Positions 24,812 through 32,766 of a stretch of DNA of 39,087 nucleotides are shown piece by piece. Position numbers and translations under genes: made by a program. This stretch comes from a virus (taxonomy: Duplodnaviria > Caudoviricetes), in the IMG/VR virus record IMGVR_UViG_3300027732_000054, positions 1 to 39,087 of that record. One strand, given 5' to 3'. Within the stretch, counting starts at the first letter, position 1. Every line of letters starts with the position of its first letter. The notes under the pieces were generated by a model. The model saw only the letters and a list, made by a program, of their open reading frames with translations. It had not been told where the DNA came from and did no database searches.

Positions 24812-25276
24812 TCACCACGACGATGAATACTCAAAGTCCCACTCATTGGGCATAGTGAGCAACTTGTCAATGGTGTCGGCGGTATAGGTCAAGCCCTCTA
24901 TGTACCACCCGTCGTAATCGGTTGAGCCAAAGAAGAAGCCGTTAGAAGTCGGCAACAGTTCGTCAGCGAGCGTGGTATCGGCAAGAACCTTGCGACAGGT
25001 GTCTCGCAGTTCCTCTAACTTCTCACGCCCAACAAAGACCGTCTGACATTCGTCCTCGCCACCCTGACACTCCTGAACGAACCAGTTGTGTATGGCGTTC
25101 TGTTTGCGCCATTGAGCGACTTTCACTTCTATAAAAGCCGTTGGGAAGTCCGTTTCCATAAACTCCCCAACCTTACTGAGAGCGACAAGCGTGGCAAACA
25201 GTTGCTTGCTCTCGTCATTGCCCCAGTCTCCGCTGTGAGCGAACTTCTTTGCGTACAAGTATTGGTCAAGACCCAT
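24812..25276 (-). CDS. conserved phage hypothetical protein
   Basis: MGLDQYL, WRK.NAIHNWF, LPT..GFFFGSTDYD.WY, Y.SSW. Confidence 0.85.
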   Translation of the reverse strand: MGLDQYLYAKKFAHSGDWGNDESKQLFATLVALSKVGEFMETDFPTAFIEVKVAQWRKQNAIHNWFVQECQGGEDECQTVFVGREKLEELRDTCRKVLADTTLADELLPTSNGFFFGSTDYDGWYIEGLTYTADTIDKLLTMPNEWDFEYSSSW

Positions 25277-25294
25277 TTTCTATTCCCCCTATTC

Positions 25295-25636
25295 TCAGAC
25301 CGCTACGAAGCGGTCACGGACTTTGCTACGGAGAGTGCTGTCAGCACTCACGACCTTGAGGCAGTTGTTATCTTTCTTGATGAAAGCATTGACCCACTTG
25401 CCAATGGATAGGTTCTCAGACGAGAACAGGCTCGCCAAGATGTTTGAGTAGGTCAGGTTCTCGCCCGTATAGGCATAGACCGAACCGTCTTTCATAGCCA
25501 CGACAACCAACATCTTGTCGGTATCGGGCATAGCGTGGAGATGGATACCAGCCACGAATGACGACTTCTCGCTGTCAATGAAGTAGCCCGTGTCGGTTTT
25601 GTTGATGGTGATTTCTGTGGTGGTCATAGTGTTCAT
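25295..25636 (-). CDS. KTSC-domain-like protein, leaderless
   Basis: SSFVAGI...LVV.MKDGSVYAY...SIGKWVNAFIK. Confidence 0.65.
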   Translation of the reverse strand: MNTMTTTEITINKTDTGYFIDSEKSSFVAGIHLHAMPDTDKMLVVVAMKDGSVYAYTGENLTYSNILASLFSSENLSIGKWVNAFIKKDNNCLKVVSADSTLRSKVRDRFVAV

Positions 25637-25673
25637 ACTTTCAGTGAACAGGCTAACTACTATAACTACAACC
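25637..25673 (-). promoter_or_regulatory. class II promoter
   Basis: GGTTGT-N12-TAG-CCT-GTTCA-N8-ATG. Confidence 0.8.
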
Positions 25674-25730
25674 TCAATATAGATTTATTTGAGATTGTTT
25701 GCTGAGTAGGTAGCGGTGGATATGTCTAGG

Positions 25731-25785
25731 TATCGGTTTGATGATTACGCTAGTTCAGTAGTATTTATCCACAGCCTGTGGAAAA
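25731..25785 (-). promoter_or_regulatory. class I promoter + DnaA boxes, tandem upstream of class II
   Basis: TATCGG 25731, TAGTTCA 25751, box 25765, TGTGGAAAA 25777; ATA at +1. Confidence 0.8.
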
Positions 25786-25838
25786 CCCCCAGAGGCGAAC
25801 GGGGACTCGGAGCCCCGCCCCTATATACGCAACAGGTT

Positions 25839-25852
25839 ACGGTGGCGGAAAG
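25839..25852 (+). repeat. ACGGTGGCGGAAAG motif copy 7
   Basis: Perfect 14-mer, 2 nt from stop of 25855 gene. Confidence 0.85.
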
Positions 25853-25854
25853 GA

Positions 25855-26277
25855 CTAGGGAGTCAAATAGCGCAGGGCGATTGACTCAGCCTTAGCGAAC
25901 TGGTCTTTACACAAGTTCTCTCCGCCTGACATAACCATTGAGTAATGAAGTTTGGCATCGTCGTTATCGCTTGCGCCTTCGTTGATACGACTAATCACAT
26001 CATCGGCAGTCATACCATCAGTCATCAACTGACACCACAACTCACCCATCTGAACAACTTCGTCGTCAGACATCGGTGGCGTAGCCCCGTAGAAGAAGTA
26101 CACATCATCTAAGTAGGATGTTTGCTCCTCTGTGAAAGGTCTGTCCGTAGTTGGGATTGTCTCAAAGACAGGGACTCCCGTCGTGGGGAGTGGAGCAAGG
26201 GTACTCTCCCCGTCAGTCGCCCCCGACGAGCAACCGACGAGGAGAAGTGCTGTTAGTGGTAATAGGTGGAGTTTCAT
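25855..26277 (-). CDS. lipoprotein, DUF732-like
   Basis: Lipobox LVGC; YL..V....DD.....G...C..M..G...LC. Confidence 0.7.
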   Translation of the reverse strand: MKLHLLPLTALLLVGCSSGATDGESTLAPLPTTGVPVFETIPTTDRPFTEEQTSYLDDVYFFYGATPPMSDDEVVQMGELWCQLMTDGMTADDVISRINEGASDNDDAKLHYSMVMSGGENLCKDQFAKAESIALRYLTP

Positions 26278-26552
26278 TGGTGGTTACCTTCCGTTGTAAG
26301 GGGTGTAAGTGTTGCGTCCCATTCGTTGATGGCATCGCAAGTATCGCAAACAGTATATTCATCGCCACGAAACTCGTAGCGAAGCCAAAGCAAGAACCGT
26401 TGTTCGGGGCTGGTGGCTTCTAGGGTTATCTTGTTCATAAAGGAAAGATACTCCGCATACTCGGAAGTCGGCACACAACTACAAGCACGACTAGTCAAGA
26501 GCAAGTCACGGAGTCGCTGTCCTTTGTCAGCCAGCAATATCGGGTCGGTCAC
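26274..26552 (-). CDS. hypothetical Cys-containing protein
   Basis: CSC, CDTC; ATGA overlap. Confidence 0.55.
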   Translation of the reverse strand: MTDPILLADKGQRLRDLLLTSRACSCVPTSEYAEYLSFMNKITLEATSPEQRFLLWLRYEFRGDEYTVCDTCDAINEWDATLTPLTTEGNHQ

Positions 26553-26910
26553 GACCTGCTACCTCACGGGCTTTCCACGACTGAATGTCTGCGTCAAGCA
26601 GACCATCCATACTTCCGTCAGGGTTGGGAGTGTACGAAACCCAAATGTCAATCAGACCATTGTCGTTCTTGCGTGAACACCATCGGAGTTGCTTGTATTT
26701 AGACAAGGCTGAAGCGAGAGTGGTGCGGTTGGGTGAGTTTCGCCGTGCGAGTACCCACTTGTTCGGGTGTAGGACTACCTCGCTGATGATTTTCTGAACC
26801 ACACCAACACGATAGGTGTAGCGATTAGACCCATTGCCATTTCTGCGAGGTACTTCATCAAGAATGACGAGTCCATCGTGTTCGTTTTCTGTTTCGTAGT
26901 CAGGGGACAT
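26527..26910 (-). CDS. hypothetical protein
   Basis: 127 aa; P.KW motif like 34582-34923. Confidence 0.65.
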   Translation of the reverse strand: MSPDYETENEHDGLVILDEVPRRNGNGSNRYTYRVGVVQKIISEVVLHPNKWVLARRNSPNRTTLASALSKYKQLRWCSRKNDNGLIDIWVSYTPNPDGSMDGLLDADIQSWKAREVAGRDRPDIAG

Positions 26911-26976
26911 TGTTTGCTCTTTCGTTTAGGCAGTTAGCCTCAAGTGTTGATTATGTCTGATGTTGCTCAAACGAGC

Positions 26977-27002
26977 AGTGGGGCAGGTCTCCCTACCCCA
27001 CT
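26977..27002 (-). terminator. GNRA-capped hairpin after gene
   Basis: AGTGGGGTAGG-GAGA-CCTGCCCCACT. Confidence 0.55.
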
Positions 27003-27010
27003 CACTCATT

Positions 27011-27421
27011 TCAGACTGACAGTTCCTCAGCCGTTGATACAGCGTTATCGCTGACACGGACTGCTGTGTAGAAAGTTGGCTTCACGACTGCCTGCTCAAT
27101 CTCAGGAGCAATGAGTCCTTTTTCCATTGCCTTGTCAAAGGCTTTGCTTTCAACGCTGGTCTTGGTGACCATTGTGAAAGTGTCCTCGCTGACGAGGCTA
27201 CGGAGTGCCTTAGCGTCAAAGTTGCGACGCACCGCTTCTACGGCGACAACTCGCTTGCCCTCAACGACGCACTCGTCAATGCCAGCAGAAGCGTAGGACT
27301 CAAGCATTAGGGACTTCGCAGTCTCCATTGCCTTTTCTACGGACTCTTTCATCTCCAAAGCACGGAGATACTGGATGGTCGCCTTTTCAGCGTCGGATGT
27401 GGTTGATGTAGTAGTTTCCAT
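27011..27421 (-). CDS. hypothetical protein, leaderless
   Basis: ATG 27421 at +1 of class II promoter; RRNFDAKAL. Confidence 0.8.
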   Translation of the reverse strand: METTTSTTSDAEKATIQYLRALEMKESVEKAMETAKSLMLESYASAGIDECVVEGKRVVAVEAVRRNFDAKALRSLVSEDTFTMVTKTSVESKAFDKAMEKGLIAPEIEQAVVKPTFYTAVRVSDNAVSTAEELSV

Positions 27422-27458
27422 AAGTTCAGTGAACTCCCTATTCGTAACTTTCACAACC
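27422..27458 (-). promoter_or_regulatory. class II promoter
   Basis: GGTTGT-N12-TAG-GGA-GTTCA-N8-ATG. Confidence 0.8.
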
Positions 27459-27523
27459 TGTACGGCAAACTTTCTTTAGGAATGTTTACCTTGGTTATGT
27501 GGGCGTTCGGTAGCCCATCTATG

Positions 27524-27579
27524 TATCGGTCTAACTCTTACATTAGTTCAGTGAAAGTTATCCACATAGGTGTGGACAA
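27524..27579 (-). promoter_or_regulatory. class I promoter + DnaA boxes, tandem upstream of class II
   Basis: TATCGG 27524, TAGTTCA 27544, box 27558, TGTGGACAA 27571. Confidence 0.8.
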
Positions 27580-27649
27580 CTTAGTAGACACATATGCGGT
27601 CACCCGTATGTCGCCTATGAGCGCACCCGTACGGATGCTTCTACGAGTT

Positions 27650-27663
27650 ACGGTGGCGGAAAG
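27650..27663 (+). repeat. ACGGTGGCGGAAAG motif copy 8
   Basis: Perfect 14-mer, 2 nt from stop of 27666 gene. Confidence 0.85.
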
Positions 27664-27665
27664 GA

Positions 27666-27878
27666 CTAGTCAACAACCGTCCAGCGGTCACCAAACTCAG
27701 AGTTCAGCCCCAAAGACGAACCATCGTCCCATTTCACAGAGACAGTACCCGTGTCGTCCACGAAGTCAATGACCCCTTGGTTGCCTTGGCGCAGTCCCGT
27801 GTACGGGTCGTTCGTGTATTGGAGTTGGACTCGCTTGCCGATGAGTGCTTGTAAGTGGGGATAGGGGTGTTTCAACAT
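27666..27878 (-). CDS. DUF4314-family protein
   Basis: G.RV.L....DPY..L..G..G.I..VDD.GTV.V.WD.GSSLGL. Confidence 0.85.
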   Translation of the reverse strand: MLKHPYPHLQALIGKRVQLQYTNDPYTGLRQGNQGVIDFVDDTGTVSVKWDDGSSLGLNSEFGDRWTVVD

Positions 27879-28144
27879 TAGATGTTCTCGCCAGTCCCAT
27901 AGAACGCACAGGCGTGTCCAAGTAGAAACTCCGAGACAAGATAATCTATCTCAATCTGTGATGCTTCCTCGTTGTAGTTTTTCATGTCCTCTACGAACAC
28001 CATGTAAAGCAAGATGATGTCCGAGATGTCTTTACGAGGGTTTTCCTCACTCCTATCCACCCCACCAAGAGCGTCATGCTCTCCGATTTTTACGCCTCTT
28101 GCGTACGCTCTTTCAGCAAGCGTTTCTAATGTCTGAACACTCAT
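27878..28144 (-). CDS. hypothetical protein
   Basis: Coupled both sides. Confidence 0.72.
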   Translation of the reverse strand: MSVQTLETLAERAYARGVKIGEHDALGGVDRSEENPRKDISDIILLYMVFVEDMKNYNEEASQIEIDYLVSEFLLGHACAFYGTGENI

Positions 28145-28395
28145 AAGTCGTTCCCGTCCTCGTCTTGGAATACAAGTTCACTCAATCGCATACCAGCGAA
28201 GTCGTCCTCTACATATGACTCAACACGGTCAATGATTTGCTCAATCGTGAATGGTTCGTCCGCTGATAGACGATGAGAACCGTCTTTGTCGTAGATGATT
28301 TCGGAGTCACGCTCGTCTTGGAGTTGCTGAATGATGCCAGCAACATCGTAAGAAACGACTTTCATAACATTTATTCGTTCAGGTAAGTCGCTCAT
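28141..28395 (-). CDS. hypothetical acidic protein
   Basis: ATGA overlaps; LPERINVMKVVSYDV. Confidence 0.75.
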   Translation of the reverse strand: MSDLPERINVMKVVSYDVAGIIQQLQDERDSEIIYDKDGSHRLSADEPFTIEQIIDRVESYVEDDFAGMRLSELVFQDEDGNDL

Positions 28396-28514
28396 CGGTT
28401 ATTGCTTCTCCATTCGCAGTAGGCGTTGTAGGTTTCGTCATTATCGGGGTCAAGACCATTGGCTTCGCACCATTGGTCGTAGGACGGATTGGACTCAAAG
28501 ACTTGGATTGTCAT
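28392..28514 (-). CDS. 40 aa microprotein (not in ORF track)
   Basis: MTIQVFESNPSYDQWCEANGLDPD...; TAATG and ATGA coupling. Confidence 0.68.
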   Translation of the reverse strand: MTIQVFESNPSYDQWCEANGLDPDNDETYNAYCEWRSNNR

Positions 28515-28792
28515 TACCACTTCTCCAATTCTACGACTTTGTATTCTTGTTCGCCAGCCTCGTCGTCCAAAATCTTGTCAAAACCATCATCGTCGTCGCA
28601 CTCAACCCAGCCCTTGACCCAATGACAGTTGGTGCTTTCGTTGAGATAGAACGCCTTGTCATCGTTAGGCATCGTTGCCCAATCTGAGGGCAGGAGTGCC
28701 TCGTCATTGACCGTGTAGTAGTTCCACTCAAAAGTCTTGACACCCGACAACGGGTAGTTCTGTTCGGCGCAAACCTTGTAGCCGAGAGTCAT
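28514..28792 (-). CDS. hypothetical acidic protein
   Basis: Start MTLGYKV by ATGA overlap. Confidence 0.7.
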   Translation of the reverse strand: MTLGYKVCAEQNYPLSGVKTFEWNYYTVNDEALLPSDWATMPNDDKAFYLNESTNCHWVKGWVECDDDDGFDKILDDEAGEQEYKVVELEKW

Positions 28793-29094
28793 ACATTCGC
28801 TCCGTTCATCGTTGCTTCTAGTAGTTGGAAATGGTAGAGAAGGTCGTCCCAATCGGACTCAGACCAATCAGGATGGTCGCCCGTAGCGTCTGCGTACTTG
28901 AGCAGGGCGAGAGCGTCGTTAGCAAACCAACCCAAGTTGAGTAGCGTGTTCACCATGAATGGCGAGTGTCCACGAAACATCTCAGGGAGACAGGTGTTGT
29001 CGTATTGGAACATATGAACTTTCGTTCGCATATCCTCATTCCACACACTTCCCCGTGAACGCTTCATCACTTTGTATTTATTATTAGTGGTCAT
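28789..29094 (-). CDS. hypothetical protein, leaderless
   Basis: ATG at +1 of class II promoter. Confidence 0.78.
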   Translation of the reverse strand: MTTNNKYKVMKRSRGSVWNEDMRTKVHMFQYDNTCLPEMFRGHSPFMVNTLLNLGWFANDALALLKYADATGDHPDWSESDWDDLLYHFQLLEATMNGANV

Positions 29095-29131
29095 ATAATC
29101 AGTAAACTCCCTAGTAGTAGCAATAACAACC
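29095..29131 (-). promoter_or_regulatory. class II promoter
   Basis: GGTTGT-N12-TAG-GGA-GTTTA-N8-ATG. Confidence 0.8.
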
Positions 29132-29155
29132 TCAGTTGAGATTTATCGGAAAGAT

Positions 29156-29344
29156 TTATTCCTCATAGGTGTCAAACCCGTCAAGGGCTTCGGGGTACTC
29201 AGAGGAAGGCGACCCAAGTTGAGCAAGGCGTTCGTATAGCCCCGCCATCACTAGTGCCTTCTCGTTGGTGACACATTCCGTCCAGTCCTCGTATTGCGAG
29301 CCACTGACAGAGAATGCGATGGTGAAAGCGTGGTTGTAGGTCAT
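29156..29344 (-). CDS. hypothetical protein
   Basis: YNHAFTIAFSV...FDTYEE; ATGA overlap. Confidence 0.72.
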   Translation of the reverse strand: MTYNHAFTIAFSVSGSQYEDWTECVTNEKALVMAGLYERLAQLGSPSSEYPEALDGFDTYEE

Positions 29345-29676
29345 TCATCATCCTGTTCGTCGTCGTAATCCCAAGAGTCACCCTGACTAATGAGACTGAT
29401 GTAACCAGCGTTCGGGTCGGCGTGATTAGTGGCGACTGCGCTAACAAACCTCAGACCGCAAGAGTTGGTGTACCAACAGTCAAGTGCGGTAAGCATTTCG
29501 TCGCTCGTCCCCCGTACGGAGTATTCGTAGTTTTCCTCAAACCACTGTGCCTGCTCGTCGTCTAGAGCCACATAGATTTTGTGGCAACCGTCCCAAGCGA
29601 CAAGGAGAGCATCGCACATAGCGTCTGCGACTTTATCGGCAACCAGTGGGTGTAAGTCTCGGAGTTCCATCAGCAA
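29341..29676 (-). CDS. hypothetical protein; paralog of 12252-12599
   Basis: DGCHKIYVALDDEQA; start may be 29670. Confidence 0.85.
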   Translation of the reverse strand: MLMELRDLHPLVADKVADAMCDALLVAWDGCHKIYVALDDEQAQWFEENYEYSVRGTSDEMLTALDCWYTNSCGLRFVSAVATNHADPNAGYISLISQGDSWDYDDEQDDE

Positions 29677-30188
29677 ATCTCAAATCCACCGCAGTCAAGC
29701 AGGAACTCAGCAAACTCTTGGACATTTTCCGTTGAGAATGGATAGTTAGTTGCGAAGTGTTCTACCTTGCCGTGTCCACGACAGGCATTACACCACCCGT
29801 GAGTGCGTCCGAGAATGATTGCGTCCGCTTCCTCTAGTTCTTTATCGGGCATACCGTTATCAACGCCGACAGTATCCGAACGGATACCCGTACCTTGACA
29901 GTATTCACAGTCCGATGTAGGAAGCGAGGCAAGGTGTTCACGGTATTCGGTTTCGTACTTGGCGGTTACGCCATTCGCAATGTCGTCAAGTAGTCGCTTG
30001 CCAAGTTCTAGAGCGTTCTCTGCGTCAAGACCATCACCGTCATTGGAGTATCCACTCTCAACGGTATGAGTAATGTCGCCGTGAAGTTCCTCACAGTAGT
30101 TCCATAGTGGTCGCCACCACCAAACATTGTTCCTGAAATACGAACCCTTTTCGCTCGTTTGGTTCTTGCCGTATACATCCATTCCCAT
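29670..30188 (-). CDS. conserved phage protein with CxxCxGxG zinc-finger insert
   Basis: MGMDVYG, YFRNNVWWWRPLW, CEYCQGTG, CNACRGHG, FL.DCGGFEI; SD AAGGA. Confidence 0.85.
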   Translation of the reverse strand: MGMDVYGKNQTSEKGSYFRNNVWWWRPLWNYCEELHGDITHTVESGYSNDGDGLDAENALELGKRLLDDIANGVTAKYETEYREHLASLPTSDCEYCQGTGIRSDTVGVDNGMPDKELEEADAIILGRTHGWCNACRGHGKVEHFATNYPFSTENVQEFAEFLLDCGGFEIC

Positions 30189-30210
30189 TGGAGTTTCCTT
30201 TCGTCGTTAT

Positions 30211-30323
30211 ATTTACAGTGAACAGCCTAATGTTGAGTAACACAACCCGTTCGGTGGATTTGTCTAAGTATCGGTTAGGGAATTACCGTAGTTCACTGAA
30301 ACTTATCCACAGCGTGTGGATAA
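30211..30323 (-). promoter_or_regulatory. tandem class II (30211-30247) and class I (30269-30311) promoters + inverted DnaA boxes
   Basis: ACAACC 30242, TATCGG 30269, TAGTTCA 30289, boxes 30303/30315. Confidence 0.82.
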
Positions 30324-30479
30324 CTGAGGACTACCGTCTGTAGCCCCGTTTTGCGTCATCGGTAGATACTTGTTCGCAACGATTGCTAATCTACAACGAT
30401 TGCTAATTGGATGGCTTGACGCAGTTTCGGAATATAAATGCGGGACTCTGTCTGCGCCTTTGGATAAATCACTTGGCGA

Positions 30480-30559
30480 TGTTGTGATTGCTACTAATAG
30501 ACAGTTCACTGTTGTAGGAAATAAAAAACGACTGAACCAAAATAATCACTAATCCGATA
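30480..30559 (+). promoter_or_regulatory. tandem class II and class I (A-tract) promoters
   Basis: TGTTGT-N12-TAG-ACA-GTTCA at 30480; AAAAAACGAC-TGAACCA 30533-N14-CCGATA 30554-N7-ATG. Confidence 0.8.
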
Positions 30560-30566
30560 GGGAGTT

Positions 30567-30950
30567 ATGAACACACTTACTATGCCCGAAGCAACAGCCA
30601 TTGCCATTATGGAATGGGCTAAGAATAAACTTGCCACCGTCGGCTACTTGGAGTTCTCCGACGATTGGTGGGAGTCCTACGACAACGATTGGGATATCAA
30701 CATTTGGCGTTCCGATATGAGCGAGGAAATCCGTGTCAATGCCTACCCGATGACATTCACTAATGGTGAATGGAATACTGACTTCTCTAACTGGGTGAGT
30801 TTGGGGACTCTCCGTGAGCCTGTTTCTTGGCAAGACGGACATTCGTGCGACCAATGCGGTGACCCGATGGGTGGCAAGTATGACGGTGACCAGCCAACTT
30901 TCTATGGCGAAGATGGTGTTGCTCATCTCCGCTGTACGCCCATTGAATAA
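30567..30950 (+). CDS. hypothetical protein, leaderless
   Basis: ATG at +1; C-terminal CDQC...HLRC. Confidence 0.8.
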   Translation: MNTLTMPEATAIAIMEWAKNKLATVGYLEFSDDWWESYDNDWDINIWRSDMSEEIRVNAYPMTFTNGEWNTDFSNWVSLGTLREPVSWQDGHSCDQCGDPMGGKYDGDQPTFYGEDGVAHLRCTPIE

Positions 30951-30962
30951 ATCTAAATCGCA

Positions 30963-30999
30963 GGTTGTTATTACTACTATTAGGGAGTTCAATATAACT
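30963..30999 (+). promoter_or_regulatory. class II promoter
   Basis: GGTTGT-N12-TAG-GGA-GTTCA-N8-ATG(31000). Confidence 0.82.
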
Positions 31000-31344
31000 A
31001 TGACCACTACACTCTTACAACGAACCAAAGACGCTATCGCTGACGGGAAAATCATTGGCGACGGGCATACCATCTTCAATCCCTCGTTCTACGCCCCTCA
31101 CTTCTCTGAGGACGAACTGCGTAAGGCGAAACTCATTCACACCTACAAGTCAGACAAGTCTGACCACAAGTCCACCATCTTTGGCAAGGACGGTAAGCCG
31201 ATGGAGAAACTCAAGGGCGTGTACAACCTCACTTTCTTGTATTGGCTCTGCGGTGCGCTCGGTATCAACTCGCACAACGACTACAACGGGCGTGGCTCAC
31301 AGGCAGACGAACTCGCTCGCCGTATCCGTAAGGAACTGGCATGA
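31000..31344 (+). CDS. hypothetical protein, leaderless
   Basis: MTTTLLQ; GVYNL.FL..L...LG......GRG.QA. Confidence 0.82.
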   Translation: MTTTLLQRTKDAIADGKIIGDGHTIFNPSFYAPHFSEDELRKAKLIHTYKSDKSDHKSTIFGKDGKPMEKLKGVYNLTFLYWLCGALGINSHNDYNGRGSQADELARRIRKELA

Positions 31345-31586
31345 GCGACAAAGCCCCATTCACCATCACCATCCACGATGAAGGCTCGTCATGGCACGAC
31401 TCATCCGTTCTAAAGGGATTGGTCAATCAGACCGTCTTGGTCACTACAAAAGATGGCTACATCTTTGACGGTGAAGTCACCTCGCTTGACGAGGGAACTA
31501 TCACTCTCTCTAACTCAGTTGTTGGCAACTCATGGACTGAGATGACGCTCGCACTAACGAGTATTACAAACATTCATTACTGCTAA
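31341..31586 (+). CDS. small beta-barrel (Sm/LSm-like) protein
   Basis: L.GLVNQTVLVTTKDG.IFDGEVTSLD...ITL; SD AAGGA. Confidence 0.6.
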   Translation: MSDKAPFTITIHDEGSSWHDSSVLKGLVNQTVLVTTKDGYIFDGEVTSLDEGTITLSNSVVGNSWTEMTLALTSITNIHYC

Positions 31587-31603
31587 ACAAATCTCACCCG
31601 TGA

Positions 31604-31640
31604 GGTTGTTATTACTAACAATAAGGAGTTCACTGTAACT
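31604..31640 (+). promoter_or_regulatory. class II promoter
   Basis: GGTTGT-N12-TAA-GGA-GTTCA-N8-ATG(31641). Confidence 0.8.
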
Positions 31641-31820
31641 ATGACCACCTACCACATTGAGTACATCATTCACCTAGAGGTTGAGGCTGAGAGTGAGGAC
31701 GAGGCATTGAAACTCGGCTCACAAGAACTTCACGACCTTGATGGTGACGGACTCGCCAACTGTTGCGAGTTCTTAGATATGGAAATCGTAAACAACGACG
31801 ACTTAGGAGAAACCGAATGA
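31641..31820 (+). CDS. 59 aa acidic protein, leaderless (VEAESEDEA motif; not in ORF track)
   Basis: MTTYHIEYIIHLEVEAESEDEALK. Confidence 0.8.
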   Translation: MTTYHIEYIIHLEVEAESEDEALKLGSQELHDLDGDGLANCCEFLDMEIVNNDDLGETE

Positions 31821-32014
31821 AGTATTACCGTGTAGGCATTTTTGCGTCCGTGAATGTGGAAGCAGAGAACGAGGACGAGGCTATACGCCAAGCCCGTGAC
31901 ATAGTTATTGACGGAGCAATCAAGACGCACGATTACGAGTTTGAGGCTCAAGACCGTGAACTTGACCCCGACCTGAACTTCCTAGAAATGATTGCTCAGG
32001 AGAAGGCAAAATGA
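31817..32014 (+). CDS. acidic protein (VEAENEDEA motif), tandem paralog
   Basis: SD AGGAG, ATGA overlap. Confidence 0.78.
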   Translation: MKYYRVGIFASVNVEAENEDEAIRQARDIVIDGAIKTHDYEFEAQDRELDPDLNFLEMIAQEKAK

Positions 32015-32439
32015 CGAAACTCATTGTTCATATCGGCACAGGCACGATTATTGACGCTGACGAATGTGTCATCGTTGATGTGGAAAAACTAGACGACCAC
32101 GACACGACTCTCGTAAACGATGGGGACGACTCCGATGTTGTTGAGGTTGCTGAACGACTCGGAAAGCCACTCAACCTGACGGACTTGACCTATCGCAACA
32201 CGGTTGCGTTCTCTCCGTCTGCTCTCCGTAGCGAAGCAGAGGAACAGTTGAGCAACGGTTACGCCACTGATGATGATGTTATTGCGTATCTGACTTGGAC
32301 TACCGAAGTAGCCACTGATGACGAACTGAACGAGGTCGCTGGTTACATTCTGAACGACGACGGGCTGTGGGGCGAATACAACACGACGGTAATGGACGGT
32401 ATGCGACAGGGTTTCGCTTGGTCTAAGGAGAAGAAGTAA
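32011..32439 (+). CDS. hypothetical acidic protein
   Basis: SD AGGAG, ATGA overlap. Confidence 0.8.
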   Translation: MTKLIVHIGTGTIIDADECVIVDVEKLDDHDTTLVNDGDDSDVVEVAERLGKPLNLTDLTYRNTVAFSPSALRSEAEEQLSNGYATDDDVIAYLTWTTEVATDDELNEVAGYILNDDGLWGEYNTTVMDGMRQGFAWSKEKK

Positions 32440-32717
32440 TGGAACTTATCAAGTTTGTAACGCCTTCAGACTTTTGGCTCAATGGCGTTGAGGCTGAGAT
32501 TGTATGGGACGACGCTCCCGAGGCAACCGAAGGCGTACACATCATTGTGGACGACAATGCCTCACGGGTGACCGACATCTTGGCAGACCCCGACCACCCT
32601 GAACACGACGAGTGGTCTGTGTGGGACGAGGACATCTTCTACTACTGCGAGTCCGAACAAGAATGGAAAGACCTTCTCGTCACAGGACATCACGACGGGT
32701 GGAGAGTTCTCCAATAA
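32439..32717 (+). CDS. hypothetical acidic protein
   Basis: TAATG coupling; DEDIFYYC. Confidence 0.78.
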   Translation: MELIKFVTPSDFWLNGVEAEIVWDDAPEATEGVHIIVDDNASRVTDILADPDHPEHDEWSVWDEDIFYYCESEQEWKDLLVTGHHDGWRVLQ

Positions 32718-32729
32718 ATCTGTCCGACA

Positions 32730-32766
32730 GGTTGTTATTACTACTAATAGAGAGTTCAATAAACTT
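32730..32766 (+). promoter_or_regulatory. class II promoter
   Basis: GGTTGT-N12-TAG-AGA-GTTCA-N8-ATG(32767). Confidence 0.82.

Noticed and set aside
27498-27518. GGGCTAC at this +1 is complementary to the GTAGCCC 5' ends of the ncRNA candidates
   Set aside because: Only 7 nt, both partners are sequestered in stems, and AGCCC words are generally enriched
4637-27663. Integron attC cassette array
   Set aside because: No RYYYAAC...GTTRRRY-bounded palindromes, no integrase, and the genes carry their own promoters
5438-30323. Chromosomal oriC
   Set aside because: Boxes are spread over 30 kb and tied to promoters; no dnaA/dnaN/rpmH context; gene content is phage-like
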